This document shows, one piece after another, positions 18,796 through 29,107 of a stretch of DNA of 64,000 nucleotides (positions within the stretch are counted from its first letter, which is position 1; each line of letters opens with the position of its first letter). Made by a program: the position numbers and the translations under genes. Source of the stretch: an uncultured Gemmatimonadales bacterium (lineage in GTDB: Bacteria > Gemmatimonadota > Gemmatimonadetes > Gemmatimonadales > GWC2-71-9); contig CAVVKJ010000010.1 of the NCBI GenBank assembly GCA_963748815.1, forward strand, positions 864,001 to 928,000. The letters are read 5' to 3'. Under the pieces are notes generated by a model that ran no database searches, had not been told where the DNA came from, and worked only from the letters and a program-made list of their open reading frames with translations.

Positions 18796-20415
18796 ATGAG
18801 AGCAGTCTTGACAGCCTCGCTCACCGCGGCCGCCATCGCGGCGAGTCCATTGATGGCCCAGGCGCCCGCGCTGCCGCCGGCTCCAGTGCAGGCCCTCGGT
18901 GCCCCGGCCAAGATGGACAGCCGGTTTGGAGCCCTCGAGTTCAAGGACGGCGCCCCCACGGTCGCGACGGCCGATGCGGTCTACTCCGCCCTCGCCTTCA
19001 CCAACGGCCTGGACGTCTACAACAACAGCTTCCGGGGCGCCTCTGCCTACGCACTCCGAACCGGGTTCTACGGTCTCGGCGCGCGCGGGAACGACGTCGT
19101 CATCTTCTCGGAGCTGATGAATTCGAAGTCGGTCTTCCTGACCGGCAATGCCGACACCATCTACTACCTCTCGATTCTCGACCTCACCAAGGGCCCGATC
19201 GTCATCGAGCAGCCGCCCAAGTCGGTCGGCACCATCAACGACATGTGGTTCTCCTGGATCATCGACATCGGCACGCCCGGTCCCGACCGGGGTGAAGGCG
19301 GGCGGTACCTGATCGTGCCCCCGGATTACGATGGCCCGCTGCCCGAAGGCGGGTATTACATCGCACGGTCGAGCACCGTCCATGCGCTGTATGCCGCCAG
19401 GGCCTACCTGGTCGACAACGACCCGAAGCCCGCTGTCGCCATGATCAGGAAGTCCATGAAGATCTACCCCTACACCCCGGGCGGCGAGGGGACGAGCATC
19501 GCCTCGGCGCTCGAGGGGACGGTCCGGATCGCGCAGAATCCGCCGGTTCCTGAGACCAGGTTCATCGAGGGGTCGAACCAGGTGTTCAATACCATCCCGC
19601 CCAGCGACTACTCGTTCTTCGAGATGATCAACGCCAACGTGCAGGAAGAGCCGGCCACCAGCTACGACGTGGAACTGGCCGGCCAGATGGCGGCCATCGG
19701 CATCGTGAAGGGCAAGCCGTTCAATCCGGACGCTCGGATGAAGAAGATCCTGACCGAAGCAGCCGCCGTCGGGAACGCGACCGGCCGGGTGCTGAACTGG
19801 CGTCCGTTCGAATCGCTGGGCTGGTCCTACTACCCGGGCTCGGCGTGGGGCAGCATGCTCTGGGAGGGTGGCGCCTTCTTCGAGACTCCGCCGCCGATGT
19901 TCACCAAGGACGGCATGTTCAAGCCGCTCCCGCCGACCGGCGCGCGGACCCTCGCCTCGCGGACGGCATTCTACTACGGCTACACCCTCGATTCGCCCGG
20001 CATGATCATGCGGATTCCCGGGGTCGGCTCGCAGTACCTGATGGGCTTCCTCGACGCCAGCAAGAACCCCTTCGACGGGGCCAAGACCTACAAGGTGACG
20101 CTGCCGCCGAACATTCCCGCCCGGGCGTTCTGGTCGTTCACCCTGTATGACAACCAGACCCGCTCCATGCTGGCCACGCCCCAGCTCTATCCCCGCGCCG
20201 GCAGCCAGAGCTATCCCTCGCCGGCCGCCAAGGCGAGCGCCGACGGCTCGACGACGATCTACTTCGGCCCCAAGCAGCCGGCCGGCGTGGATCGCGGCAA
20301 CTGGATCCAGACCGATCCGGCCAAGGGGTGGTTCACCATCCTCCGGCTCTACAGCCCGCTCGAGTCCTTCTTCGACAAGAGCTGGCGGCCGACCGAGATC
20401 GAGCTGGTGAAGTAG
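18796..20415 (+). CDS. Secreted DUF1254/DUF1214 domain protein
   Basis: LTGNADTIY, GPDRGEGGRYL, FWSFTLYD, DGSTTIYFGP, NWIQT, LRLYSP; signal peptide. Confidence 0.88.
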   Translation: MRAVLTASLTAAAIAASPLMAQAPALPPAPVQALGAPAKMDSRFGALEFKDGAPTVATADAVYSALAFTNGLDVYNNSFRGASAYALRTGFYGLGARGNDVVIFSELMNSKSVFLTGNADTIYYLSILDLTKGPIVIEQPPKSVGTINDMWFSWIIDIGTPGPDRGEGGRYLIVPPDYDGPLPEGGYYIARSSTVHALYAARAYLVDNDPKPAVAMIRKSMKIYPYTPGGEGTSIASALEGTVRIAQNPPVPETRFIEGSNQVFNTIPPSDYSFFEMINANVQEEPATSYDVELAGQMAAIGIVKGKPFNPDARMKKILTEAAAVGNATGRVLNWRPFESLGWSYYPGSAWGSMLWEGGAFFETPPPMFTKDGMFKPLPPTGARTLASRTAFYYGYTLDSPGMIMRIPGVGSQYLMGFLDASKNPFDGAKTYKVTLPPNIPARAFWSFTLYDNQTRSMLATPQLYPRAGSQSYPSPAAKASADGSTTIYFGPKQPAGVDRGNWIQTDPAKGWFTILRLYSPLESFFDKSWRPTEIELVK

Positions 20416-20421
20416 CGCAGT

Positions 20422-20462
20422 TACAGGAGACTCACCGGGTCACGGTCGATCGTGACCCGGGG
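20422..20462 (-). repeat. Orphan copy of the priA 3' end (direct repeat, att-like)
   Basis: 40/41 identical to 22703-22743. Confidence 0.92.
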
Positions 20463-20488
20463 GCTCCTGCCCTGCGGCCTCTCCCGGT

Positions 20489-22638
20489 TCAGGGAGCGAC
20501 CGGCGCGAGCGGCGGCAGGCCGTTCAGCTCGCGCGCCGCACCGACCACGTCCCCGATCCCGGCAAAATCCACCGCGATGATGTTTGGCGTCATCCGCCGC
20601 TCCCGCTCGCACTGTCGCGCCCGTTTCACGATCACCTCCCGCTGGTTCACGATCTGCGCATTGCTCGGCTTGGGCGTGGGGGTGGTCTCGATCCAGTGAT
20701 TGATGAGGAAAAGCCCGCCGCGCGGCGTGCCGCGGTTGGCCTTGCAGGAGAAGTCCTCCGGCGTGTGGAAGGTGTAGGGCGTCTCCGCCATCAGCCCCTC
20801 CCACGCCAGGTGGTACCACGGCACGTCGCCGGTGTCGTATTCCCCGAGCACCACCAGCCGACCGCCGCTCGCCACCATCTCGCCCAGGGTCGGCCAGGTC
20901 GGCCCCAGGGGCCCTCGATAGACGAACTCGATCAGGCCGCTCTCCTCGAACGCCGCCACGATGTCCGCCGGAGGCACGTAGTCCTCGAAGTCGATCAGGA
21001 TCACCTCGTTGGGGTGGGTCCGGAGGAATTCGGCGAACGTGCGCAGCACCGGTCCGATCGGAATCGCCCCGAGCTCGCAGTACCCGTGACAGAGGTAGAT
21101 CCCGCTGGCCCCCACCTCGCCGGTGAACTGCTCCCGAATCCGCATGCCCGCGGCCCACGCCTCATTGCCGATGACATTGGCGGTCTTGGCCTTGGCGTAC
21201 GGAACGACATCGAAGTCGGTCCGGACCTTGTCGCCCATCACGTTGCCGCGATAGGGGTCGAGGAGGAACGCGCGCACGCCTCGCTCGAGCAGCAGGGGGA
21301 TGTCCAGGTCCTGGTTGGGGAAGAGCCACACCGGGTTCATCGCCGAGCCCATCGCATTGTGGGCGCCCGGGAACACGACCCGGTTGAAGGGTCGCGCGCA
21401 CAGCGCCACCGCCCCGTTGCACGCGCCGCGGGCCGCGACGACCGGTTCGGGTGGCTCGACCGCCGGCCGCAGGCGCAGCAGGACCGCCGCGCCGATGACA
21501 CCGATCACCAGGAACGTCACGATCCGGACGCCGACCAGGGCCACCGGCGCGACACGGATCTCGTCGCCGCGGCCGCGGAACTCGGCGGGAAGGCTTCGGT
21601 GGGCAAACCGCCGCCAGCCCACGAGGCTGAGCACCAGGAGGAGCGCCCCCCGCTGACGGCCGCGACGGAGAGCGCCAGCGCCGGAAAGCACACCGCGAGC
21701 AGCCCGGCGGCGCCGATCATGAACAGGCGACCGGTCTCCGCCAGCGCCCGCTCGCGTCGGCGAGAAAGGAACTCCCACACCCCCTGGCGGATGGTGCTGG
21801 CATCGAGCTCCTCGCCCGGCACCGCGACCAGTGCGAGCGCCGCTCCGAGGACAGCCACGACGATGCCAATCACGCGCAGCGGACCGAAGAAGGCCATCCA
21901 CAATCCCGTGGCGGCGCCCGCGGCGGCGGCATCGGGAATCCCCGCCGCGAACAGCAAGCGACCCGCGGGAACCACCAGCGCAAGCGCGACCCCGATGGTC
22001 GCGACACCCACGCTCACGGACAGGGCGGTGAGGCGCCGGACCGGGGATACGAGAATTGCCGCCACGAGGAGAAGGAACGCGGCCAGGAATCCCAATCGTC
22101 CGAACACCCGAGCCTGCTCCACGGCGCCAAGCACTCCCACGGCGGCCGTGAGCGCGGGGGCGACCCCCTCGAGATTGAGGAGCGGTTGCAGCGTCGCCGG
22201 AACCCGCTCCGCCGCCGAGGGGCCGGCGACCTTCAGCGCCTCGTGGATCAGCTCGCCCGCGTCGGGAATGGCGAGGAGGATGTTCTCGGCCGTGGACGAC
22301 AGCAGCGCCTGGTGGATCTTGCGCACCGCCGGGCGCAGCAGGGCGCGGAACGGGTCCGAGGCCACGACGCCGCGCGCCACCACCACGAGAATCGGCCGGA
22401 ACGCCGTCAGGTCGGGCTGCTGCCCAATCACCGCGTCGGTCAGCCGCAGGGCGACGAACTCGCTGACCTGAGGGTTCTCGACGCTGGAGCTCACCCGTTC
22501 CGCGAACGCGTCCTCGCTGAGCAGGACCCGGCCCACGTACATCATGATGAGACTGAGCGCCAGCACCAGCAGGCCAACCCCGGCAAGCAGGCTGGCGAGC
22601 CCAGGCGACCACCTGCCACCGCGTCCGGCGTTCGTCAT
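20489..22638 (-). CDS. Multi-pass membrane protein with C-terminal PI-PLC-like phosphodiesterase domain (frameshift near 21650)
   Basis: TM-rich N-terminus; PGAHNAM, LERGVRAFLLD, YLCHGYCELG, HPNEVILIDFED, FLINHW, PNIIAVDF. Confidence 0.75.
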
Positions 22639-22701
22639 AGTTCCTCTGATTTCAAGTGAGGTGACATCTGTCCCGGCGACGGCCTCAAACTCTGCCGATC
22701 G

Positions 22702-25122
22702 CTACAGGAGACTCACCGGGTCGCGGTCGATCGTGACCCGGGGTTCTCCCCCGCCTGCGAGGCGCGTCGCCCCGTAGCGCACCACCCGCCCGAGCACCGC
22801 TCCATCCCCCTTCAGCGCGACATGCCACCGCCACCGCGTCTTGATGCGCGCGAGCGGACAGGGCGCCGGTCCCAGCACGGTCAGGTCCAGCCCGTGCCGA
22901 TCGGCGAGCGCCGCGGCCCATTCCGCCGTTTCCGCCGCCACCCGCCCCACCGCCGTCTCATCCTTCCCGGAGATGACCAGGTTGACGAGCCCGGTGGTCG
23001 GGGGATACGGGGGCGAGCTGCGCAGGGCGAGCTCCTCCGCGAGAAATCCCTCCGCATCGTGCTCGGCGGCCCGCACCAGCGCGTGGTGCGTCGGCTGCCG
23101 GGTCTGGACGAACACCCGCCCCCCCTGGGGACCCCGCCCCGCCCGCCCCGCCACCTGGGCAATCAGCTGGAAGGTCCGCTCCGCCGAGCGGAAGTCGGGG
23201 AGGTGCAGCGCCGTGTCGGCGTCCACCACGCCGACCAGCGTCACGTTCGGGAAGTCGAGCCCCTTGGCGATCATCTGCGTGCCGAGCAACAGGTCGACCT
23301 CGCGCCGCTCGACCGTGCCGAGGATGCGGTGGTGCGCCCACTTCGTGCTGGTCGTGTCGAGATCCATGCGGGCCAGGCGCGCCGTGGGGAACCGCTCCGA
23401 GAGCCACCGCTCCAGCTGCTGCGTCCCGATCCCGCGCATCTGGGCGACGGCATGCCCGCAGGAGACGCAATTTTCCGTGAGGGCGGCCTCGAAGGCGCAG
23501 TAGTGGCAGCGGAGCGCCGGCGGCGACTGGTGCACCGTCAGGCTGATGCTGCACGAGGGACACTCGGGGACGTGCCCGCAATCGGGACACTGCAGGAAGG
23601 CCGCGAATCCGCGCCGGTTGAGGAGGAGCATCCCCTGCTCGCCCCGCGCCAGCACCCGGGAGACCGCCGCGTCCAGCGTCTCCGACCAGGGAATGGCCCC
23701 TGAGCCGGGGATCTTCGGCGTGGAGCGCAGGTCCACCAGCTCCACCGGCGGCAGCTTCCCCGCCCCGACCCGTTCCGGCAGCCGCACCAGCCGCAACCGC
23801 TTCCCCTCCCCCGCCTCCGCCCAGCTCTCCAGCGACGGCGTGGCGCTCCCCAGCACCAGCCGCGCACCCTCGAGCCGGGCCCGCACCGCCGCCACCTCGC
23901 GCGCGTGGTAGCGCGGCGTTTCGCCGTTCTTGTAGGTGGCCTCGTGCTCCTCGTCCACCACGATGACCCCGGGCGCCGTCACCGGCGCGAAGATGGCCGA
24001 CCGGGCACCGACGGCCACCTTCCGTTCTCCGCGGCGGAGCGCCCGCCAGGCGTCGGCCCGCTCCCCGTCCGAGAGTCCGCTGTGCAGCACCGCGACGTCG
24101 TCGCCGAACATGCCCCGGACGCGACGCACCGTCTGCGGGGTCAGGCCGATTTCCGGCACCAGGATGATCGCGCCGCGTCCACTCGCGAGCCCGCGCCGGA
24201 TGGCCTCGAGGTACACGAACGTCTTGCCGCTCCCGGTAATGCCGAAGAGCAGCGCACCCTCGCCTCCCTGCAGCCCCTCCACCTCCGCCAGCGCCCTCCG
24301 CTGGTCGTCGGAGAGCGCGTCCGGCGGCGGGGTTCCCGACTCGCCGGCGAAGGGATCGCGTACCCGCTCCACGTCTTCGAGCCGCGCTTGTCCCCCGGCT
24401 ACCAGGGCACGGATCAGCGCGCTGCTGAACCCGAGTTGGGTCCGCAGGTGGGCCACCGATGCGGTGCCGCCGAGTTCCTCCACCGCCTCATAGAGTGCGC
24501 GCTGCCGGTGCTTGCCGCCAAAGTGCGCCTGGCGCTCGAGCAGGGTCGGCCGCTGTTCCCCGAGGGTCACGACCCGCTCCGTCACCGCGCCGCCGCCGGT
24601 GTCCGGCGACACGATGGTGAGCGTCACGGCACCCACCCGGGCCAGCCGATCCACGGCATCCCACACCCCGCGCTTCATTCCCCGCGCAATGGCGCCCACC
24701 GAGGCGGACCCACCCTTGCGCTCGAGCCACTGCAGAATCTCGGCGCCTGTGCCGCCGGGGACGCGCCGCGCCGCGGCGATCTCCACCACCACCTCGGAGC
24801 TCCCCCAGAGCCCGGCCGGCAGCGCCGCCTTGAGCGCGAGACCGATCGGCGCGCCGTAGTACCCCGCCATCCACTCCACGGTGCGGAGCAGCGCCGGGGT
24901 CAGCGCGGGTTCGTCGTCCGGCGTCGCCAGGATCGGCCGGGCGGCCATGTCCGGGGCGGGGACCTCGACGGCGGTGACGATGCCGATGAGTTCCCGGCCC
25001 CGCACCGGCACGACCACGCGGGCCCCGGCCGCCACGCGGTCGGCCAGGGTGTCGGGGATCTGGTAGGTGTAGGGAGTGGCGAGGGGAAGCGGAAGCGCGA
25101 CCTGCGCGTACCGATCGGTCAT
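22702..25122 (-). CDS. priA: Primosomal protein N'
   Basis: GITGSGKT, LVPEIGLT, VDEEHE, LGSATPS, four CxxC pairs, GTQMIAKGLDFP, QVAGRAGR. Confidence 0.97.
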   Translation of the reverse strand: MTDRYAQVALPLPLATPYTYQIPDTLADRVAAGARVVVPVRGRELIGIVTAVEVPAPDMAARPILATPDDEPALTPALLRTVEWMAGYYGAPIGLALKAALPAGLWGSSEVVVEIAAARRVPGGTGAEILQWLERKGGSASVGAIARGMKRGVWDAVDRLARVGAVTLTIVSPDTGGGAVTERVVTLGEQRPTLLERQAHFGGKHRQRALYEAVEELGGTASVAHLRTQLGFSSALIRALVAGGQARLEDVERVRDPFAGESGTPPPDALSDDQRRALAEVEGLQGGEGALLFGITGSGKTFVYLEAIRRGLASGRGAIILVPEIGLTPQTVRRVRGMFGDDVAVLHSGLSDGERADAWRALRRGERKVAVGARSAIFAPVTAPGVIVVDEEHEATYKNGETPRYHAREVAAVRARLEGARLVLGSATPSLESWAEAGEGKRLRLVRLPERVGAGKLPPVELVDLRSTPKIPGSGAIPWSETLDAAVSRVLARGEQGMLLLNRRGFAAFLQCPDCGHVPECPSCSISLTVHQSPPALRCHYCAFEAALTENCVSCGHAVAQMRGIGTQQLERWLSERFPTARLARMDLDTTSTKWAHHRILGTVERREVDLLLGTQMIAKGLDFPNVTLVGVVDADTALHLPDFRSAERTFQLIAQVAGRAGRGPQGGRVFVQTRQPTHHALVRAAEHDAEGFLAEELALRSSPPYPPTTGLVNLVISGKDETAVGRVAAETAEWAAALADRHGLDLTVLGPAPCPLARIKTRWRWHVALKGDGAVLGRVVRYGATRLAGGGEPRVTIDRDPVSLL
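22703..22743 (-). repeat. priA 3'-terminal copy of the 41-bp direct repeat
   Basis: Matches 20422-20462. Confidence 0.92.
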
Positions 25123-26135
25123 CGCGGCGTGACGCCAAGCCCCGGACCGGTCGGAAGGCGGAGCTGTCCGCCGGCGATGGTGGCGCCGACGAACGGATCC
25201 TTCGAGAGGAGCGCGGCACCGTCGAGGTCCACGATGTCCACCAGCGGAGTGAAATGCGCCGCGGCCGTGATGGCCAGCGAACTCTCGATCATGCAGCCGA
25301 CCATGACCATCATGTGGTGCGCCCGGGCGACGGCGATCATCCGGATCGCCTCGCGGAGGCTGCCGCACTTGGCCAGCTTGATGTTGATGCCGTCCACCTG
25401 GCCCACGAGGCCGGGGATGTCGCTCGCCACCTTGCACGACTCATCGGCGATGATCGGGATGTTGGCGGCCATGCGGATGACCCCGAGCCCCTCGAGATCC
25501 GTCGGCACCAGCGGCTGCTCCAGCACCGTGACCCCGAACTCCTCGAGCACCGGCAGCATCCGGATGGTGTGCTTGACGGTCCAGCCGCAGTTGGCGTCCA
25601 CCCGCAGTTCCCGGTCGGTGGCGTCGCGAATGGCCTCGAGAATTTCCATGTCCCGGTCGCTGCCGAGCTTGATCTTCAGGATGGGGTACTCCTCGGCCTC
25701 CAGCACCTTCATGCGGATGCGCTCGGGGGTGTCGATGCCGATCGTGAAGGTGGACATCGGCGCCTTGGCAGGATCCAGTCCCCACATCTGGTACACCGGC
25801 ACACCGAGTCGCTTGCCGACCAGGTCGTGCATGGCGGCGGAAATGGCGGCCCGGGCGGAGGGGTTCCCCTTGAGCGCCGTTTCCAGTCGCCGGTCGGTCT
25901 CGTCCAGGTCGAACGGGTCGGCGGGGAGGTGCGGCGCGTAGTTCTGCAGCGTCTGCATGACGGTTTCGGAGGTCTCGCCGTAGAACTTGGTCGGCGCCGC
26001 CTCGCCCCACCCTTCGTTGCCGTCGCCGTCGGTCAGCCGGACCCAGACGGTCTTGTAGTCGCTCTGGCCCCCGCGCGCGATGATGAAGGGGTGTGTGGTC
26101 TTGAGTTCGAGGTATTCGGCCTGGAGACGCAGCAT
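25119..26135 (-). CDS. Dipeptide (L-Ala-D/L-Glu) epimerase, enolase superfamily
   Basis: LKIKLG, RVDAN, LEQP, IADES, NIKLAKCG, GCMIES, VDLDG. Confidence 0.88.
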   Translation of the reverse strand: MLRLQAEYLELKTTHPFIIARGGQSDYKTVWVRLTDGDGNEGWGEAAPTKFYGETSETVMQTLQNYAPHLPADPFDLDETDRRLETALKGNPSARAAISAAMHDLVGKRLGVPVYQMWGLDPAKAPMSTFTIGIDTPERIRMKVLEAEEYPILKIKLGSDRDMEILEAIRDATDRELRVDANCGWTVKHTIRMLPVLEEFGVTVLEQPLVPTDLEGLGVIRMAANIPIIADESCKVASDIPGLVGQVDGINIKLAKCGSLREAIRMIAVARAHHMMVMVGCMIESSLAITAAAHFTPLVDIVDLDGAALLSKDPFVGATIAGGQLRLPTGPGLGVTPR

Positions 26136-26202
26136 GGACAGTTCCAATCGTGAGGGCGTGCGGTGCGACAACTCGGTGTCACAGGTAAGCTAACGTTCGG
26201 CA

Positions 26203-26320
26203 ACGAACAAGACGAGGGAAGCTCGGAAGGAAGGGAAACTCGGAAGACTGCTTGGTGGGTGCGTCCGCACCCCCCTTCTCGTTCTTCCGCGTTTCCGGCT
26301 GTTTTCCGCGCTTCCGCGTG
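26203..26320. repeat. Degenerate 9-bp-period inverted repeats
   Basis: CTCGGAAGG/CTCGGAAGA units facing CTTCCGCGT/TTTCCGCG units. Confidence 0.55.
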
Positions 26321-26339
26321 ATTGTTCCTGCGTTGGGAT

Positions 26340-27236
26340 CTACACCAGCGCCGCCACGAACGCCGCGGCGCCCTTGGCCAGCCGCCCCGGCACGTACCCA
26401 CCCTCCAGCGTCCCCATGATCGGCACGCCGGGCATCCGCTCCCGCAGCCGCTCGGTCAGGATCCGGTAGTGCCTCGGCTCCAGGGTGAATCCGCCCAGCG
26501 GGTCCCCCGCCATCGCGTCGAATCCCGCCGACACGATGACCGCCTCCGGCATCCACTCCTTCGTGGCCGCCTCGATGGCAAGCCACAGGTCCCGGACATA
26601 GTGCTCCGGCTCCAGCCCCGGCGGCCTCGGCACGTTGAAGAGATTCCCGACCCCGCGTTCCGACGCGGCGCCGGTGAACGGCCACCAGGGCGACTGATGC
26701 AGCGACACGAACCGCAGGTCGGCATCGCGCTCGACCAGCGCCTGCGTCCCGTTGCCGTGGTGCACGTCCCAGTCGACGATGAGCACCCGCCGCCGCCCCA
26801 GCGCCTGGAAGCGGCGCGCCGCGATCACGGCGTTGTTGACCAGGCAGAACCCCATCGCCCGGTCGGCCAGGGCGTGATGCCCCGGAGGTCGCACCGCCGC
26901 AAAGGCGTGGCGCTCTCCCGCGTGGCTTCGCTCCACGGCGGCCAGCACCGCGCCGAGCGCACCGAGCATCGCGTCCCAGCTGTGGGGGCTCATCACGGTG
27001 TCGGGGTCGAGCTGCCGGCCGCCGGCCGCGTGGGCCGCCCGCAGCGCCTCGAGGTGCGCCGGGGTGTGGACCGAAAGAATGACGTCGGGGTCGGCGGGGG
27101 CAGCGGTGAGCAGGTCGGCGCCGGGGACCAGCGCCAGCGCGTCGAGCACGGCCGCGATCCGGGACGGCGCCTCGGGATGGCCGGGCCCCGCATCGTGGAG
27201 CGCGCAATTGGGGTGACTGTAGACTGCGACGGCCAT
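26340..27236 (-). CDS. Histone deacetylase family (Zn-dependent amidohydrolase)
   Basis: HPE, RPPGHHA, MGFC, DWDVHHGNGTQ, SAGFD, LEGGY. Confidence 0.95.
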   Translation of the reverse strand: MAVAVYSHPNCALHDAGPGHPEAPSRIAAVLDALALVPGADLLTAAPADPDVILSVHTPAHLEALRAAHAAGGRQLDPDTVMSPHSWDAMLGALGAVLAAVERSHAGERHAFAAVRPPGHHALADRAMGFCLVNNAVIAARRFQALGRRRVLIVDWDVHHGNGTQALVERDADLRFVSLHQSPWWPFTGAASERGVGNLFNVPRPPGLEPEHYVRDLWLAIEAATKEWMPEAVIVSAGFDAMAGDPLGGFTLEPRHYRILTERLRERMPGVPIMGTLEGGYVPGRLAKGAAAFVAALV

Positions 27237-27260
27237 GACGCCCGCCGAGGAGGAAGAGTG

Positions 27261-27524
27261 TTACTTGACCGGGCGGCGACGCGTCGGGAGGACGATCAGC
27301 GCGGCGTTGTCGACCACCTGGGCCTGCTCGAGGGACACCGTCTCGTCGTGCAGCGAGGCGCCGCGGAATTTCACCTCGTAGCCCCCCGGATCCCGGGTGA
27401 CGTGGGTCATGACGAGCGCCCGGAGCTTCAGTTCCGCCACCGACGCCGACGGCGGCAGCTTGAGTTCGACCGTGTCCCAGGCGTCCTGCACCGTCACCCG
27501 CACCAGCAGCGCATCGGTGCTCAT
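27261..27524 (-). CDS. Ubiquitin-like beta-grasp protein (EsaB/YukD-like)
   Basis: SVAELK helix, YEVKFRG, and LHDETVSLEQAQVVDNAALIV aligning by eye with ubiquitin [20 protein letters not shown]; no terminal GG. Confidence 0.65.
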   Translation of the reverse strand: MSTDALLVRVTVQDAWDTVELKLPPSASVAELKLRALVMTHVTRDPGGYEVKFRGASLHDETVSLEQAQVVDNAALIVLPTRRRPVK

Positions 27525-27793
27525 GTGGTCACCACCGCGGGCGTGGGAAGGGTGGAGAGGAACCGGCCGACCGCCTGGTCGAAGAAGAGCGTCGAGGCGC
27601 GCACCCGGGTAACCCCGTCGGCGGCGAAGACCGCCAGGGCGATTTCCTCGCCTCCCTGCCCGCGCAGCGCCAGGTAGGCCGGTCCCTCGGACTCGGGGAA
27701 CGCCGCCGACTGCGGCATCCGCTGGGCAAAGAACGCCTTCGCCCGCCCGATCACCTCGGGGCCCGGCAGGGTGGTCGTGGTCTCGTGCACCAT
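27521..27793 (-). CDS. Hypothetical protein
   Basis: 90 aa; stop overlaps the start of the ubiquitin-like gene. Confidence 0.7.
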   Translation of the reverse strand: MVHETTTTLPGPEVIGRAKAFFAQRMPQSAAFPESEGPAYLALRGQGGEEIALAVFAADGVTRVRASTLFFDQAVGRFLSTLPTPAVVTT

Positions 27794-27800
27794 GGTCGGC

Positions 27801-28915
27801 TCAGCGCTTGAGGATGGCGATGCCGGTCGGCTGGGCCGGCAACGGGGTGGTGCTCACCTTGGTGAGCGTGGTCAGGTCGATCACGTCCACCGCGCCGGGA
27901 TCGGCGCCGATCGACTCCTGCGTGACGTAGGCGTACCGGCTGTCCGGGCTGAACGCGACGCCGTGCACGATCTTCTTGGTCGTGGGGATCCGCGCCAGCT
28001 CCTTGAGGGTCCGGGCGTCCACGACGCTCGCGCTCTGCGCCTTCTTGTTCGTCACCACGACGAACCGCCCGTCGGGCGACGGCTCCACGTTGTAGGCGCC
28101 CGCCCCCACCGTCACTTCGGCGCGCATCGTCAGCGCTTCGGCGTCCCAGACCTGCAGCGTCCCCTTGTGGTTGCAGGCGACGTACAGCGTCCGGTCGTCG
28201 GACGAGACGCTCACGAAGGTGGGTGCGCACTCGTTGTCGACCGGAGGCGCGGCGGCCGGCGCGCTCGCGGGGGCGCCGTGATTCATGCCCGCGTGCCCTC
28301 CGGCAGCCGCCGGAGGCATGACCATGCCCGAGCCGGTCGCGGGCGCGCCGCACGATGTCGAACGTCGCCACGTCGATCTGGAGGAGTTCGTCGCTGTGCA
28401 TGCAGGAGATCCAGACCGCCGTCCCCGCGTGATTCACCTTGACGCCGTGCGGCATGTCGCAGGCGGGGATGTCGGTGATGGTCATCATGTCGGGCGTGTA
28501 CACCGCGGAGACCGAATTCACCCGCGGATGGTCGCCGTGAAAGTCGGAATTGGCGACGAAGGCGAACTCGCCGTCGGGCGTGACCGACACGGTGGTGGGG
28601 AAGTACTCCAGCTGCGCCCGGCCGGCCAGGGTGTCGTTGCTCGCGTCGAACCGCCAGAGCGTGCCGTACGGGCGTGCCGTGGGCAATCGACACGTAGTAC
28701 CAGCGCTGGTCGGCGGAGACGGTGATGTTGTGCGGCCCGTCGATGTCGGCGGGCATGACCCCCACCGGCACCACGTGATCCACCACCAGCGTGGCGCCCT
28801 CGGGCCGGAGCCAGGTGACGATGTCGCCCGACTCGCTGACCACCCCCACCCGATAGGACTGGGCGGCGAGGGGTGTCGCGAGCAGGGCCAGGCCGAGCAC
28901 CAGCGTGCGTCGCAT
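27801..28915 (-). CDS. Secreted YncE/YVTN-type beta-propeller protein (2 frameshifts)
   Basis: Signal peptide; repeats GPHNITVSAD, SVTPDGEFAFVAN, MPHGV, EPSPDGRFVVVTN, HGVAFSPDSRYAYV. Confidence 0.8.
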
Positions 28916-28955
28916 TGCGTTCCTCCGGGAAGCCAAGGCAGAGTTGAAAGCTAGT

Positions 28956-29107
28956 GGAGGGGAGGAAAGAGAAAAAGGACTTGGGACTTGGAGGGGCGAA
29001 AGGTCTCAGGAGAAAGGAGAGGCCCAGTCTTCACAGCATCTCCTCCTTTTACTTTTCTCCTTACGCCCCTCCAAGTCCTTAAGTCCCTCTTCTCCCTTCT
29101 CTCTCCT
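28956..29107. repeat. Inverted-repeat element (GGACTTG-type), copy 1
   Basis: GGACTTGGGACTTGGAGGGGCGAAAGG ... CCTTACGCCCCTCCAAGTCCTTAAGTCC. Confidence 0.8.

Noticed and set aside
20421..21158. 245-aa ORF ending in the PriA C-terminal peptide as a real gene
   Set aside because: It is an off-frame shadow of the PLC-like gene; only its last 13 codons are meaningful, as the duplicated priA end
26164..26183. TGCGACA-N6-TGTCACA palindrome upstream of the epimerase as an operator
   Set aside because: Single imperfect instance with no second copy recognised; could equally be a 5' hairpin
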